DNA from: Gemmatimonadaceae bacterium
GTDB lineage: Bacteria > Gemmatimonadota > Gemmatimonadetes > Gemmatimonadales > Gemmatimonadaceae
Assembly: GCA_031408755.1 (NCBI GenBank)
Contig: JANNWU010000497.1
Span: 1 to 48,698, forward strand
Direction of reading: 5' to 3'
DNA: 48,698 nt
This document shows, piece after piece, positions 38,451 to 47,098 of this stretch. Position 1 is the first letter of the stretch; the number at the start of each line of letters is the position of its first letter. The position numbers and the translations under genes were made by a program. The notes beneath the pieces are model-generated. The model saw only the letters and a program-made list of their open reading frames with translations, ran no database searches and had not been told where the DNA came from.

Positions 38451-39979
38451 TGCGCCTACGGCAGCGTGCCGCGATACTGCTGCTTGCCGCTGCCGGTGGC
38501 TGCTCAGACAGGGAACGTCAGAGTGCAGCGGTGCAGGTGGGCGTGATCGGCACGGTGCGCGGTTTGAAGCCGGGCTACGCGCTGGAGTTGAGTGAAGGGA
38601 CGGCGATGGGCATGGTCTTCGAGTCGCTCGCAGAGCGCGACAGCATGGCGAAAGCCATTCCAGCATTGGCAAAGCGGTGGGTCTCCGTCGATTCGCAAAC
38701 GTGGATTATCACGCTGGAAAGCGGCGTCAAATTTCACGATGGCAGCGTTATGACTGCCGCCGACGTGGTGCGATCATGGACAACGCTCGTCGCGGACTCC
38801 ACCGACGGAGATGCACCGTCGAGTGTGTTCATGTTGGTGCAGGGTGCCGCCGATGTACGCGCGCACAAGGCGGCGGCAATCTCTGGGTTGCAGGTAATTG
38901 ACGATACCACGCTGCATGTTGCGTTAGTGTCGCGCGCTCCTGCGCTGCCTGAGGCGTTGGGCTCGCGCCGACTCAGTGTCATGGCGAAAGGCAGTGCGCC
39001 GTGGGCACCAATTGGGACTGGCCCGTGGAAGTTTGTCTCCGGTAGTCGCGGCGATAGCGTGATTCGATATGTTCGCCACGATCTGTATCGCGGCGGTCGA
39101 CCGGCGAACGAATCTTTGCTGGTGCGCATTGTTGATCAGCGAGCAGTGGCCGCAACATTCGCAGCCGGTCTGATCGACTGCATGGCTGATCTCACGCCAC
39201 GCATCGCGGGAACGCTGCTTGCGAGTCGAGCAATCAAGATCAGTTCGCAACGGCAAAGCGTTCGTTCGCGCGTGTTGCTGAACTTCGCAAATCCCGCCCT
39301 GCGTGATATTCGTGTGCGGCGTGCGCTGTTGCTTGCGCTTGATCGACGCAATTTGATGTTCGCACGCGGGTCAGCGGGAATGAACCTGTCAGACAGTTTT
39401 GTCCCCGACTTTTCGTCGCCGTCAGATACGGTACCGCTCACACCGTACAACCCGGACTCAGCCCGACGTCTGCTGGCAGCGGCTGGGTACACCGATGCCA
39501 ATCCGCTGCGTTTACGAGCGCCGCTCCCGCTTGGCGATTCGACGTTGCGCAGTATGAATCAAGTGGTGTCCGAGTACTGGTTGTCGATTGGTGTGCGTAT
39601 CAGTGCGACTGGCGCCAGTGGAGACGACAGCCCGCGCACGCTGCCGGTGTCGGATGTTGTCGTGTGGACCGAGGAGCCGGCGCTGACGAACCCTGAGGAT
39701 TATCTCAGCACGGTTGGCGTCGAACCGCCGTTTGGATATACCGACGATGGCGTGCAATGGAGAAACGCGACCTTTCTGTCGCTGTACCAGACGGCGCGAA
39801 ACACGCGAGATCCACAATCTCGCGCAGCGGCTCGGCGCACGCTGGTTTATCTGGCCGCTGACTCGCTGCCAAGCATTCCGTTGTATTTTGAAGGAAGTTC
39901 TGAAGCGCAGTCCGGTCGCGTGAATGCGTGTCAGACCAATATGCCGCGATTCGCAACCAGCCGGATCTTGCGCCCATGA
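38450..39979 (+). CDS. Family-5 (peptide/nickel-type) solute-binding lipoprotein; no cognate ABC permease or ATPase nearby
   Basis: LLLAAAGGCS lipobox. ...PALAKRWVSVDSQTWIITLESGVKFHDGSVMTAADVVRSW... is a typical SBP_bac_5 N-lobe signature. The start ATG shares 1 nt with the regulator's TAA stop. Confidence 0.8.
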   Translation: MRLRQRAAILLLAAAGGCSDRERQSAAVQVGVIGTVRGLKPGYALELSEGTAMGMVFESLAERDSMAKAIPALAKRWVSVDSQTWIITLESGVKFHDGSVMTAADVVRSWTTLVADSTDGDAPSSVFMLVQGAADVRAHKAAAISGLQVIDDTTLHVALVSRAPALPEALGSRRLSVMAKGSAPWAPIGTGPWKFVSGSRGDSVIRYVRHDLYRGGRPANESLLVRIVDQRAVAATFAAGLIDCMADLTPRIAGTLLASRAIKISSQRQSVRSRVLLNFANPALRDIRVRRALLLALDRRNLMFARGSAGMNLSDSFVPDFSSPSDTVPLTPYNPDSARRLLAAAGYTDANPLRLRAPLPLGDSTLRSMNQVVSEYWLSIGVRISATGASGDDSPRTLPVSDVVVWTEEPALTNPEDYLSTVGVEPPFGYTDDGVQWRNATFLSLYQTARNTRDPQSRAAARRTLVYLAADSLPSIPLYFEGSSEAQSGRVNACQTNMPRFATSRILRP

Positions 39980-40034
39980 TCGCTGACTGCGCGCACCACA
40001 TGCTGCATCGGCTCGCGCGCATTGCGAGGGTGCA

Positions 40035-42725
40035 ATGAGTTGGCTCTCGCTGTTGCAGGCGCTACCAGTGCAGTTGCTCCAGCCTCTCGGTTTGGCAGTT
40101 GCGGTGCCGATACTGCTGGCTTTCTGGATTCTCGTCTCGCGCACCGGTGCTCCCGGACGATTGGCGCTACGCCTCGCGCTGCGGACGTCGCTGTTGTTGT
40201 CGGCAGGAATCGCGATCATCGTTGCGGTCGCAACAGTTGCCGTGTTGCGCGCCGGTTTGACCGATAGCGTGATTCGCTACGAGCGCACGCTGCTCGAACT
40301 CGCAGCGGAGCTGAGTGACACGCCGATTTCCGTAGAGAATATGGAACGTGTACGACCGCGTCTGGCGATTGCGATGGCTACCGAACCACGCTCTGTGTGG
40401 TCTGCAGTCCTCGCGGTCGCAGCGCCAACTGGCGTTATCGCATTTGCCGGTCCGGTGAGTTCGCAACAAGTTCTCGATGCAAGTCAACGCGTTGCGTCGG
40501 CGTCACTTGAAGCGCGTTCGATTGTGCAACGCAGAAACGGTCGACTTGAATTAGTGGTTCTTGCACCTGTTCGCGGGCGCGAAGGTGAACCAACCGGAAC
40601 GTTGTTGTTTGCGTTAAACACGCTGGCCGAGACGTCAGCAGCGGCGCGTATCGCGTGGCTGTTGTTGGGCTGGTGTACTGGATTGCTCGTGCTATCAAGT
40701 CTGGCTACGCGGCAACTGATTAGCGTCTCGGTGTCGGAGCAGGTGCGCGAGCTGATCGCGTTGCTCCAGCGCACCACGCGCGTACGCCCCGGTAGCGCGA
40801 CTCCTACCAAGCATGATGAACTTGAGCAACTTCGTGTAGAAGTCGATCGAACTGTTGACAACAACGTACGGCTGCAGCGCGAACGTGATGCGCAGTACGA
40901 GTTGATTGTAGAACGCCTCCCTGACGCAGTGATTATCTGCGAAGGGAACATCATTCGATTTGCGAATGCGGCCGCGGTCGAGTTGCACGGTACACTATCG
41001 CTCGACAGGTTGCTCGGTACGGACTTTCGTGCGCGGCTATCGGAAGACTCTGGCCCGGTGACTTCGGAGACCGCGGGGCGCTGGTCACTGCGCCGTGATG
41101 ATGGCACGCAACGATTTGTAGAAATCGCCGAAGCGACGCTCCCTTCCGATGGCGAAACACGAACCGAGATCGTGATCCGCGATGTGACGGCACGCGTGCG
41201 CGCGGAGCGAGCCCTAGCCCGGTCTGAGTCGGTCTATCGCGCGCTCTTTGATTCTGCACCAATCGGCATTGCAGTTGTGAACGCTCAGTTGCACATGCAG
41301 GCCGTGAATCCTGCATTAGTGCGGTTGTTCGGCCGCTCACATCGCTCAGAGCTGATTGGACGTGCGCTCGGTGACACCGTCCAACTCACCGATGCGTCGG
41401 TGGCGCAACTCCAGAAAGGATTGCGAAGCGTTGGAACCGGTCGCATCGATGTGGATTTCACGCCGGCGGATGGTGCGCGTAAGACTGCGATGGTGACAAT
41501 GGAGTTATTGCCGTCTGAAGACGGTGCAGCGCAGTTTGAATTGCTGTGGTTAGATCTCACGGCGCAGCGTGCGTTGGAAGCGCAGGTCCAGCGCACACAA
41601 AAGTTGGATGCTGTTGGTCAACTGAGTAGCGGTATTGCGCACGATTTCAACAATCTGCTGACCGTCATTCGTGCGAACGCATCGCTGCTCGGCACGATGC
41701 AGGGCCGTGGTCGCGAACTCGACGAAATTGAAGAAGCGACGGTGCGTGGAGCGGCACTCGTGCGAAAACTCATGTTGTTCAGCAGAAAAGAAGACATGGC
41801 GCCGCAAGCGTGGCCCGTTTCAACACTGCTGCCTGATCTTATCGGCGTGCTGCAGCGATTGCTCCCAGCCCAAGTCGTGTTGCAAACGCCGACAACATTT
41901 CCTGACGCGGCGGTCATGGTTGATCGCACCGCGTTTGAGCAGGTCATGATGAATCTCGCAACCAACGCGTCGGACGCTATGCCGTCCGGCGGTGAACTGC
42001 AGATCACCTGTCGGATGCTAGCTGCGGATGCTGTGACGGTGCGCCGGCCAACTCCCGCTCCAGTCACGCCGTGGCTTGAATTCACAGTGTCTGACAGCGG
42101 TGTTGGTATGACGCCGCAGGTGCGCGATCGCGCGTTCGAACCGTTCTTCACAACGAAGTCGGCCGAAAAAGGCTCAGGGTTGGGTCTCGCGATTGTGTAC
42201 GGCTTGGTAACGCAGATGGGTGGTACGGTGACAATCACAGATGGTGACGTGCGCGGTACTCGCGTGACGATTTTGCTGCCCGAGTGCGACGAGGATGCGC
42301 CAACAGAAACGGTCGTGAGTGCAGCAGAGCCCACACTAGATGTAAACGCAAACCTGCTGCTGGTGGAAGATGATCCAGCGGTGCGCGCAAGCACGGCAAA
42401 ACTCTTGGCGCGACTTGGATATACAGTCACGACTGCAGAAGATGGCGTTGATGCGTTGGAGCAACTCACCGCTGGACCACGTCCAGATATCATTGTCAGC
42501 GACGTGATGATGCCGCGCATGGGTGGCGTGCAGTTGGTGCAGGAAATCCGCACGCGCAACTGGATGCTGCCGATTCTTCTGGTCAGCGGCTACTCCACAG
42601 AAAGCCTCGCGGAGATTGCGGCAACCGATGCCCACGTCGGTATCCTCGGCAAGCCATGGTCGTTGCCGAACATGGCGCGCGCGCTGCGTGAACGTCTCAC
42701 ACAGCGCGCGGCTGAACTAACATAA
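40035..42725 (+). CDS. Hybrid sensor histidine kinase (2 TM flanking an about 150-aa periplasmic loop, 2 PAS-like regions, HisKA, HATPase_c, REC)
   Basis: GAGGG RBS. H-box SSGIAHDFNNLLTVI, then NLATNASDAM, DSGVGM and GSGLGLAIV. C-terminal REC LLLVEDDPAVR...DIIVSDVMMPRMGG...GKPW. Confidence 0.88.
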   Translation: MSWLSLLQALPVQLLQPLGLAVAVPILLAFWILVSRTGAPGRLALRLALRTSLLLSAGIAIIVAVATVAVLRAGLTDSVIRYERTLLELAAELSDTPISVENMERVRPRLAIAMATEPRSVWSAVLAVAAPTGVIAFAGPVSSQQVLDASQRVASASLEARSIVQRRNGRLELVVLAPVRGREGEPTGTLLFALNTLAETSAAARIAWLLLGWCTGLLVLSSLATRQLISVSVSEQVRELIALLQRTTRVRPGSATPTKHDELEQLRVEVDRTVDNNVRLQRERDAQYELIVERLPDAVIICEGNIIRFANAAAVELHGTLSLDRLLGTDFRARLSEDSGPVTSETAGRWSLRRDDGTQRFVEIAEATLPSDGETRTEIVIRDVTARVRAERALARSESVYRALFDSAPIGIAVVNAQLHMQAVNPALVRLFGRSHRSELIGRALGDTVQLTDASVAQLQKGLRSVGTGRIDVDFTPADGARKTAMVTMELLPSEDGAAQFELLWLDLTAQRALEAQVQRTQKLDAVGQLSSGIAHDFNNLLTVIRANASLLGTMQGRGRELDEIEEATVRGAALVRKLMLFSRKEDMAPQAWPVSTLLPDLIGVLQRLLPAQVVLQTPTTFPDAAVMVDRTAFEQVMMNLATNASDAMPSGGELQITCRMLAADAVTVRRPTPAPVTPWLEFTVSDSGVGMTPQVRDRAFEPFFTTKSAEKGSGLGLAIVYGLVTQMGGTVTITDGDVRGTRVTILLPECDEDAPTETVVSAAEPTLDVNANLLLVEDDPAVRASTAKLLARLGYTVTTAEDGVDALEQLTAGPRPDIIVSDVMMPRMGGVQLVQEIRTRNWMLPILLVSGYSTESLAEIAATDAHVGILGKPWSLPNMARALRERLTQRAAELT

Positions 42726-42815
42726 GACTCTGCGTCGCGCGAGTTGTGCGCCACGCAACGCAACGTTCAACACCGGCACATCAATGCTGCATGATGCGTC
42801 CGATGCGAGCGCGTG

Positions 42816-43418
42816 TTACATGTCGATCGAGAGGCCCGACGTGCCTTCTTTCTTCAAGTCAGCGGTATCGATTGAGCGGAGTACTGGGCGGGCAGGCTCA
42901 CGCGAACCAACCATCAGCATGCCTTCCTTCTCCGGATCTTTGGCCGCGTTCGTGCGCACGGTGCCTTGGCTCTTCATCACTTTGCCAACGCTCAACCCAA
43001 TCCAGATGTGCAGAATTGAAAGCAACGTTCCAACAAGCCCAGCGCGAATTGCCACCTTCAGGAACTGGCTCTTCACATTCTGCGGCAACGTGGCGCGCAA
43101 CTGAATCGAATCAATGGCAAACAGCAGCAACATTCCGATTACTGCAAAACCGAGCACCAGTGAAAAGATGCGCAGAAACTGCACCGTCTTGCGATGATTA
43201 TTGACGAAGCCCGCGAAGTACATCATCGTGAGCGGCACGATGGAGCCGAGAAGCGCATCCATCAACAGGCCTGTCGCGCCGACACGCCAATTCAGTTCGC
43301 CAATCTTGAATGGCCAGACCTGAATTGTGAATTGCGCGAAGTAGTTGATGATCAGCGCCGCGGCGGCGAAATAGAGCAAGCTGCCAAGAATTCGGAGCTG
43401 AGTCGTCGAAAGGTTCAT
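42816..43418 (-). CDS. Hypothetical membrane protein (about 4 TM plus a charged C-terminal tail)
   Basis: 200-aa ORF with GAGG 8 nt upstream of the ATG. Hydrophobic segments include LGSLLYFAAAALIINYF, LLMDALLGSIVPLTMMYFAGF, IFSLVLGFAVIGMLLLFAI and LVGTLLSILHIWIGL. Confidence 0.6.
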   Translation of the reverse strand: MNLSTTQLRILGSLLYFAAAALIINYFAQFTIQVWPFKIGELNWRVGATGLLMDALLGSIVPLTMMYFAGFVNNHRKTVQFLRIFSLVLGFAVIGMLLLFAIDSIQLRATLPQNVKSQFLKVAIRAGLVGTLLSILHIWIGLSVGKVMKSQGTVRTNAAKDPEKEGMLMVGSREPARPVLRSIDTADLKKEGTSGLSIDM

Positions 43419-43746
43419 TCAGGCCTCGAGTAGGTGCCGGGAGTCGAACTCCAGCGGCGGAGTCCGGACCGAATCCGGCGGGCGGGCAGTAGTCTCGCGC
43501 AGACGCTCTACCGGCGCAAGCGACTAGCCCGACTTTCGGAAACGATACGTCGATGGTAAGCGCCCGTCTCGCAACGGGTTGGACTGCCCGAGGGTCGTCC
43601 AAATACTCGCAAAAGACGACTTTGTGGGAAAGCTGCAACACTGGAGGGCCGGGCTAGCTTTGTCCTGTACCCGACTGTCCTCTCCACGCATTACCACGGT
43701 GGCATTGACGGATCAGATCGCCACGCTCTCCCTTCGCTCCCGCCCC
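43419..43746. other. Hairpin-rich intergenic region; candidate structured leader or ncRNA containing tRNA-like fragments
   Basis: Local stems read directly from the sequence: GGAG/CTCC (43440-43452), CCGGA/TCCGG (43464-43478), GTCT/AGAC (43492-43504), CCCGT/ACGGG (43563-43578), and GTCGTC/GACGAC followed by TTTGT (43594-43625). There is also long-range complementarity between CTAGCCCG (43524-43531) and CGGGCTAG (43650-43657). The minus strand contains GGTAGAGCG and GGAGTTCGACTCC. Confidence 0.25.
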
Positions 43747-44859
43747 GTGTCGTTGCCGCAGCAGATCACCACCGCCCTGAGCCGCGTCCAAAACTCGCGC
43801 CTCGCGACTGATGTCATGGCCGCCGAGATGGTCCAGGACATCGCGACCACGGTGGATGGCAAAGTGCAGTTCACACTATTGCTGGACAGTCGCGATGATG
43901 CCGCGTTAGTGCGCGATGTGCGGCTAGCCGTTGAAGAAATTCCGGGAGTGACCGGCGTGAAGGTCAACGTCCGCGATCCGCGACAGCAGGCACCCACCGC
44001 TGCCCGGCCCGGTCGCGCACTTCCCATGGCACCCGAGGCGACCGCTGGCCAAGCACCGCGCGTGGCCGCGCCCACCCCGGTCGCGCTGCCCAACCTCGGC
44101 CGGATTCTCGCCGTCAGTTCAGGGAAAGGAGGCGTCGGTAAAAGCACCGTCAGCGTGAATCTCGCGATTGCCCTCGCCAAAATGGGACATCGTGTTGGGC
44201 TGATGGATGCCGATATCTACGGTCCGAATATTCCGCTCATGATGGGCCTTGATCAGCAACCGGAAGTAAACAAGCAGGCGAAGATCATTCCGCTGGAAGC
44301 GTTCGGCGTGAAGCTGATCTCCCTCGGTTTTCTGATTGAGAAAGATCAGCCGGCGATTTGGCGTGGGCCGATTGTGATGAAGTTGATCGGACAGTTTCTG
44401 AAGGATGTTGATTGGGGGCAGCTCGATTACTTCATTGTCGATATGCCACCCGGCACCGGGGACGCACAGTTGTCATTGGTGCAAACAACGCTCGTGACTG
44501 CGGCGTTGATCGTCACGACACCGCAGCAAGTATCCACCGGTGATGCGCTGCGCGGTGTGAAAATGTTTGAACGCGTTGCGGTTCCGGTGCTGGGTATCGT
44601 CGAGAATATGAGTTGGTTCGAGAATCCAGAAACGGGGAAACCGATCGCGATGTTTGGTAGCGGTGGCGGACAACAACTCGCCACGCAAGTTGGTCTTGAG
44701 CTGCTGGCGCAGATCCCGATTGATCCGCGAATCGCCGAAGGTGGCGACACCGGTCGACCGCTCGTTGCTGTTGAACCCGATGCTCCCGCCGCACGCGTAA
44801 TTACAGCACTCGCGACACGCGTGATCGACGGAATGGCAGCGATCGCGGCTCGCGCGTGA
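43747..44859 (+). CDS. apbC: Mrp/NBP35-family Fe-S cluster carrier ATPase
   Basis: DUF59-like N-terminal domain, then AVSSGKGGVGKSTVSVNLAIALAKMG...GLMDADIYGPNIP... and VDMPPGTGD. Start is uncertain: GTG 43747 gives the typical (M)SLPQQITTAL N-terminus, but GTG 43699 or the track start 43579 are possible. Confidence 0.85.
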   Translation: MSLPQQITTALSRVQNSRLATDVMAAEMVQDIATTVDGKVQFTLLLDSRDDAALVRDVRLAVEEIPGVTGVKVNVRDPRQQAPTAARPGRALPMAPEATAGQAPRVAAPTPVALPNLGRILAVSSGKGGVGKSTVSVNLAIALAKMGHRVGLMDADIYGPNIPLMMGLDQQPEVNKQAKIIPLEAFGVKLISLGFLIEKDQPAIWRGPIVMKLIGQFLKDVDWGQLDYFIVDMPPGTGDAQLSLVQTTLVTAALIVTTPQQVSTGDALRGVKMFERVAVPVLGIVENMSWFENPETGKPIAMFGSGGGQQLATQVGLELLAQIPIDPRIAEGGDTGRPLVAVEPDAPAARVITALATRVIDGMAAIAARA

Positions 44860-46208
44860 CTCTTGCCGCGCGCCGCACCGGTGGCGCGGATGTAAATCTT
44901 TCTCAAGACTCGTTGCCGAGCGTTGTGGTGCGCCTCGGATTGCCAGCGGTTGCGAGCGCGTTGTTGCAAACCGCGTTTGTCTCACTCGATTCGGCGTGGG
45001 TTGGGCACTTCGTTGGCGGTGTGGGATTAGCTGCGGTGAGCACCTCAATCTTTTGGATCTGGGTAATCGTCTCACTGGCCGAAATGGTGAGCGTTGGGTT
45101 GACGGCTGTTGCGGCGCGCCGCCATGGCGAAGGCCGTCCAGACGAAGCAGCGCGTGCTGTTGGTGATGCGTTACTCACAACGCTTGCGCTGGGCGTGGTC
45201 ACGGCGGTGATGGGTTTGTTATTCTTGCCAAAATTGTTTGCAGTCATGCACACACCGCCCGATGTGACTGCGCTCGGCATGCGTTACTTGGGCACGTATC
45301 TGATCGGTTCGCCGCTGGTATTTGGATACTTCGCAGTTGATGCGGCGTTTCGTGCGGCGGGCAACACGAAGCTGCCGTTTTTCATGCTGCTCTGTGCGAC
45401 CATCGTGTCAGCGTCGCTTGATCCGTTGCTGATTACCGGGTGGGGTCCGTTTCCCGAACTCGGCATTCGTGGTGCGGCCATTGCAACATTGTGCGTGCGA
45501 GGTTCACTCTGCGTCGTGGGCGTCATCCTGCTTCGACGGCTGCAACTTGTGACGTTCGGTTCGCCAGATTGGACGCGTGTTGCTACGATGTGCCGCATTG
45601 GGCTGCCAATCGCGCTTACCGGCGTTGTCTTTTCGTTGATCTACGTGGTCATTACGCGCACCACGACGCAGTTTGGTACGCCGGCGTTGGCAGCGCTGGG
45701 GCTTGGCCATCGCATTGAAAGTTGGATGTATATGATTGGCGTCGGATTTGGCGCGGCGGCGGCGGCAATCGTCGGCCAGAATCTTGGTGCAAATCAACCG
45801 GATCGCGCGGCGCGTGCTGGATGGTTGACGTTGGCGATGACCGGTGTGCCAGGTGTGATTGCGTGCACCGCTTTGCTGCTTTTTCCGGACGCACTCGCCG
45901 GTCTCTTCTCCAACGAGCCTGCCGTGATCGCAGAGGCATCACGATATCTGCGCGCTGCGGCCTTTGCACAACTTGTTGTGAGTGGAGAAACCGTGCTCGA
46001 AGGCGCGCTGAGCGGCGCTGGGTGGACGCTGCCGCCGATGATCACGTCAACTGGAATCACTCTCCTGCGCATTCCACTCGCGGCGTGGGCGGCGACAGAG
46101 TGGGGAACAACGGGAATCTGGTGGGTGATCTCGTTAACCGCGATTGCGCGTGCGCTCGCGATGATGGCGCTGTGGGCTTCTGGTAGTTGGCGACGCGCGA
46201 AAGTGTGA
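44856..46208 (+). CDS. MATE-family efflux transporter
   Basis: 12-TM profile. N-terminus ...VVRLGLPAVASALLQTAFVSLDSAWVGHFVGGVGLAAVS is typical of MATE proteins. GTGA overlap with apbC. Confidence 0.85.
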   Translation: MTLAARRTGGADVNLSQDSLPSVVVRLGLPAVASALLQTAFVSLDSAWVGHFVGGVGLAAVSTSIFWIWVIVSLAEMVSVGLTAVAARRHGEGRPDEAARAVGDALLTTLALGVVTAVMGLLFLPKLFAVMHTPPDVTALGMRYLGTYLIGSPLVFGYFAVDAAFRAAGNTKLPFFMLLCATIVSASLDPLLITGWGPFPELGIRGAAIATLCVRGSLCVVGVILLRRLQLVTFGSPDWTRVATMCRIGLPIALTGVVFSLIYVVITRTTTQFGTPALAALGLGHRIESWMYMIGVGFGAAAAAIVGQNLGANQPDRAARAGWLTLAMTGVPGVIACTALLLFPDALAGLFSNEPAVIAEASRYLRAAAFAQLVVSGETVLEGALSGAGWTLPPMITSTGITLLRIPLAAWAATEWGTTGIWWVISLTAIARALAMMALWASGSWRRAKV

Positions 46209-46246
46209 TCGTCGTACAGCGTGTGCGCAAGAAATGCACGCAACCG

Positions 46247-47098
46247 TTATCGCTGCACCAACTCCACTTTGCCAAGCATTGTGCGAACGACAACACGCAC
46301 CTTGACGGTTGCCGACGAAAAATTCGCGCTGCGCCATACACCACCGACCTTGGTAAACGCGCCGCTGACATCTGTGCGCGAAAGGATACCGGGCGTCTCA
46401 AGCTCAACACCAATTGTTGGCGGCGCGGTAATCTTCACGTTGCCTACCGCGCTCCGAACTTCGATCTGCATGTCCCGCTGCCATCGTCCGCCCAAGTCGA
46501 GCGAAATCTCGCCGACGTCGCCGGAGATACGCGCTTCGGAAGAAGCGGCGTTGCCAAGTCCGATGACTTGCATCCCGCCAGCACCAACGGTGGCATCAAA
46601 GATCGACATGCTTTCGCTATTTGGCACGTCGAAACGCACCAGTGCTTGCGCGGCACCTGTATTGAGTGAGAACCGACGCAACGGCAATCCCGTCAGATCG
46701 AGAGTTGCGTCAGCCGCGCTCGCGTTGATCGTCAGTTCGAGCGGCGCTCGTTTCGTGAGCTGTACGCGCCAATCCTGCGTCGTCGCTTCTTCAGATGCAG
46801 TCTCGTTGCCGGCGTTCGCTCCACCAATACGCTGGCCTGCGGTAAGCGTCAACACGCGTTGGCTTGCGTTCCAGTTAGACACCGGCGCAACGTACGCATC
46901 ACCAAAGCGCGCAATGCTACGATACAAATACTGAGTCTCACTTGCGCCAATGCTCAACTTCCCCGTACCGAGCACCAGTCGAATACTGACTGGCGTAACA
47001 TCGCGCAAAAGGCGTGATGATTCGAGCGTTCTGACCTGTTGCGCATCGAGCGTGAATGCGCTTGTCAGTGCTATGGCGAGCGAAAACACTGGCTTCAC
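46247..47098 (-). CDS. Exported beta-rich protein, toastrack/DUF4097/LiaG-like (tentative)
   Basis: GTG 47098 overlaps the upstream stop (GTGA) and gives a signal-like VKPVFSLAIALTSAFTLDAQQ. Repetitive short beta-strand pattern (...LELTINASAADATLDLTGLPLRRFSLNTGAAQALVRFD...GDVGEISLDLGG...GNVKITAP...). The family call is by resemblance only. Confidence 0.5.
   Translation of the reverse strand: MKPVFSLAIALTSAFTLDAQQVRTLESSRLLRDVTPVSIRLVLGTGKLSIGASETQYLYRSIARFGDAYVAPVSNWNASQRVLTLTAGQRIGGANAGNETASEEATTQDWRVQLTKRAPLELTINASAADATLDLTGLPLRRFSLNTGAAQALVRFDVPNSESMSIFDATVGAGGMQVIGLGNAASSEARISGDVGEISLDLGGRWQRDMQIEVRSAVGNVKITAPPTIGVELETPGILSRTDVSGAFTKVGGVWRSANFSSATVKVRVVVRTMLGKVELVQR

Noticed and set aside
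41618-42559. Long antisense or off-frame ORFs throughout the window (for example 41618..42559 -, 26258..27094 -, 25743..26366 -, 47039..47914 +, 5198..5905 -, 10262..11095 -, 37824..38672 -, 39512..40219 -, 16561..17178 -, 29945..30553 -)
   Set aside because: Each lies opposite or out of frame to a gene with clear family motifs. They are Arg/Ser/Ala/Pro-rich with no motifs. This is the expected consequence of stop-codon scarcity in GC-rich DNA.
43481-43500. GGGCAGTAGTC resembles the GGGGAGUAGC core of the yybP-ykoY (Mn2+) riboswitch
   Set aside because: The match is on the plus strand, where the downstream gene is apbC rather than a metal exporter. The other conserved halves (UUGACA..., ...AGACC) are not present. 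I also tried ykkC, ZTP and FMN consensus fragments by eye and none fit.
43433-43545. Possible tRNA gene on the minus strand (GGTAGAGCG D-loop-like and GGAGTTCGACTCC T-loop-like elements)
   Set aside because: I could not build a cloverleaf. There is no 7-bp acceptor pairing for ...CGGCACC. The T-stem needs a mismatch or bulge. The region between the two elements lacks a 5-bp/7-nt anticodon arm. It is kept only as part of the structured-region finding.
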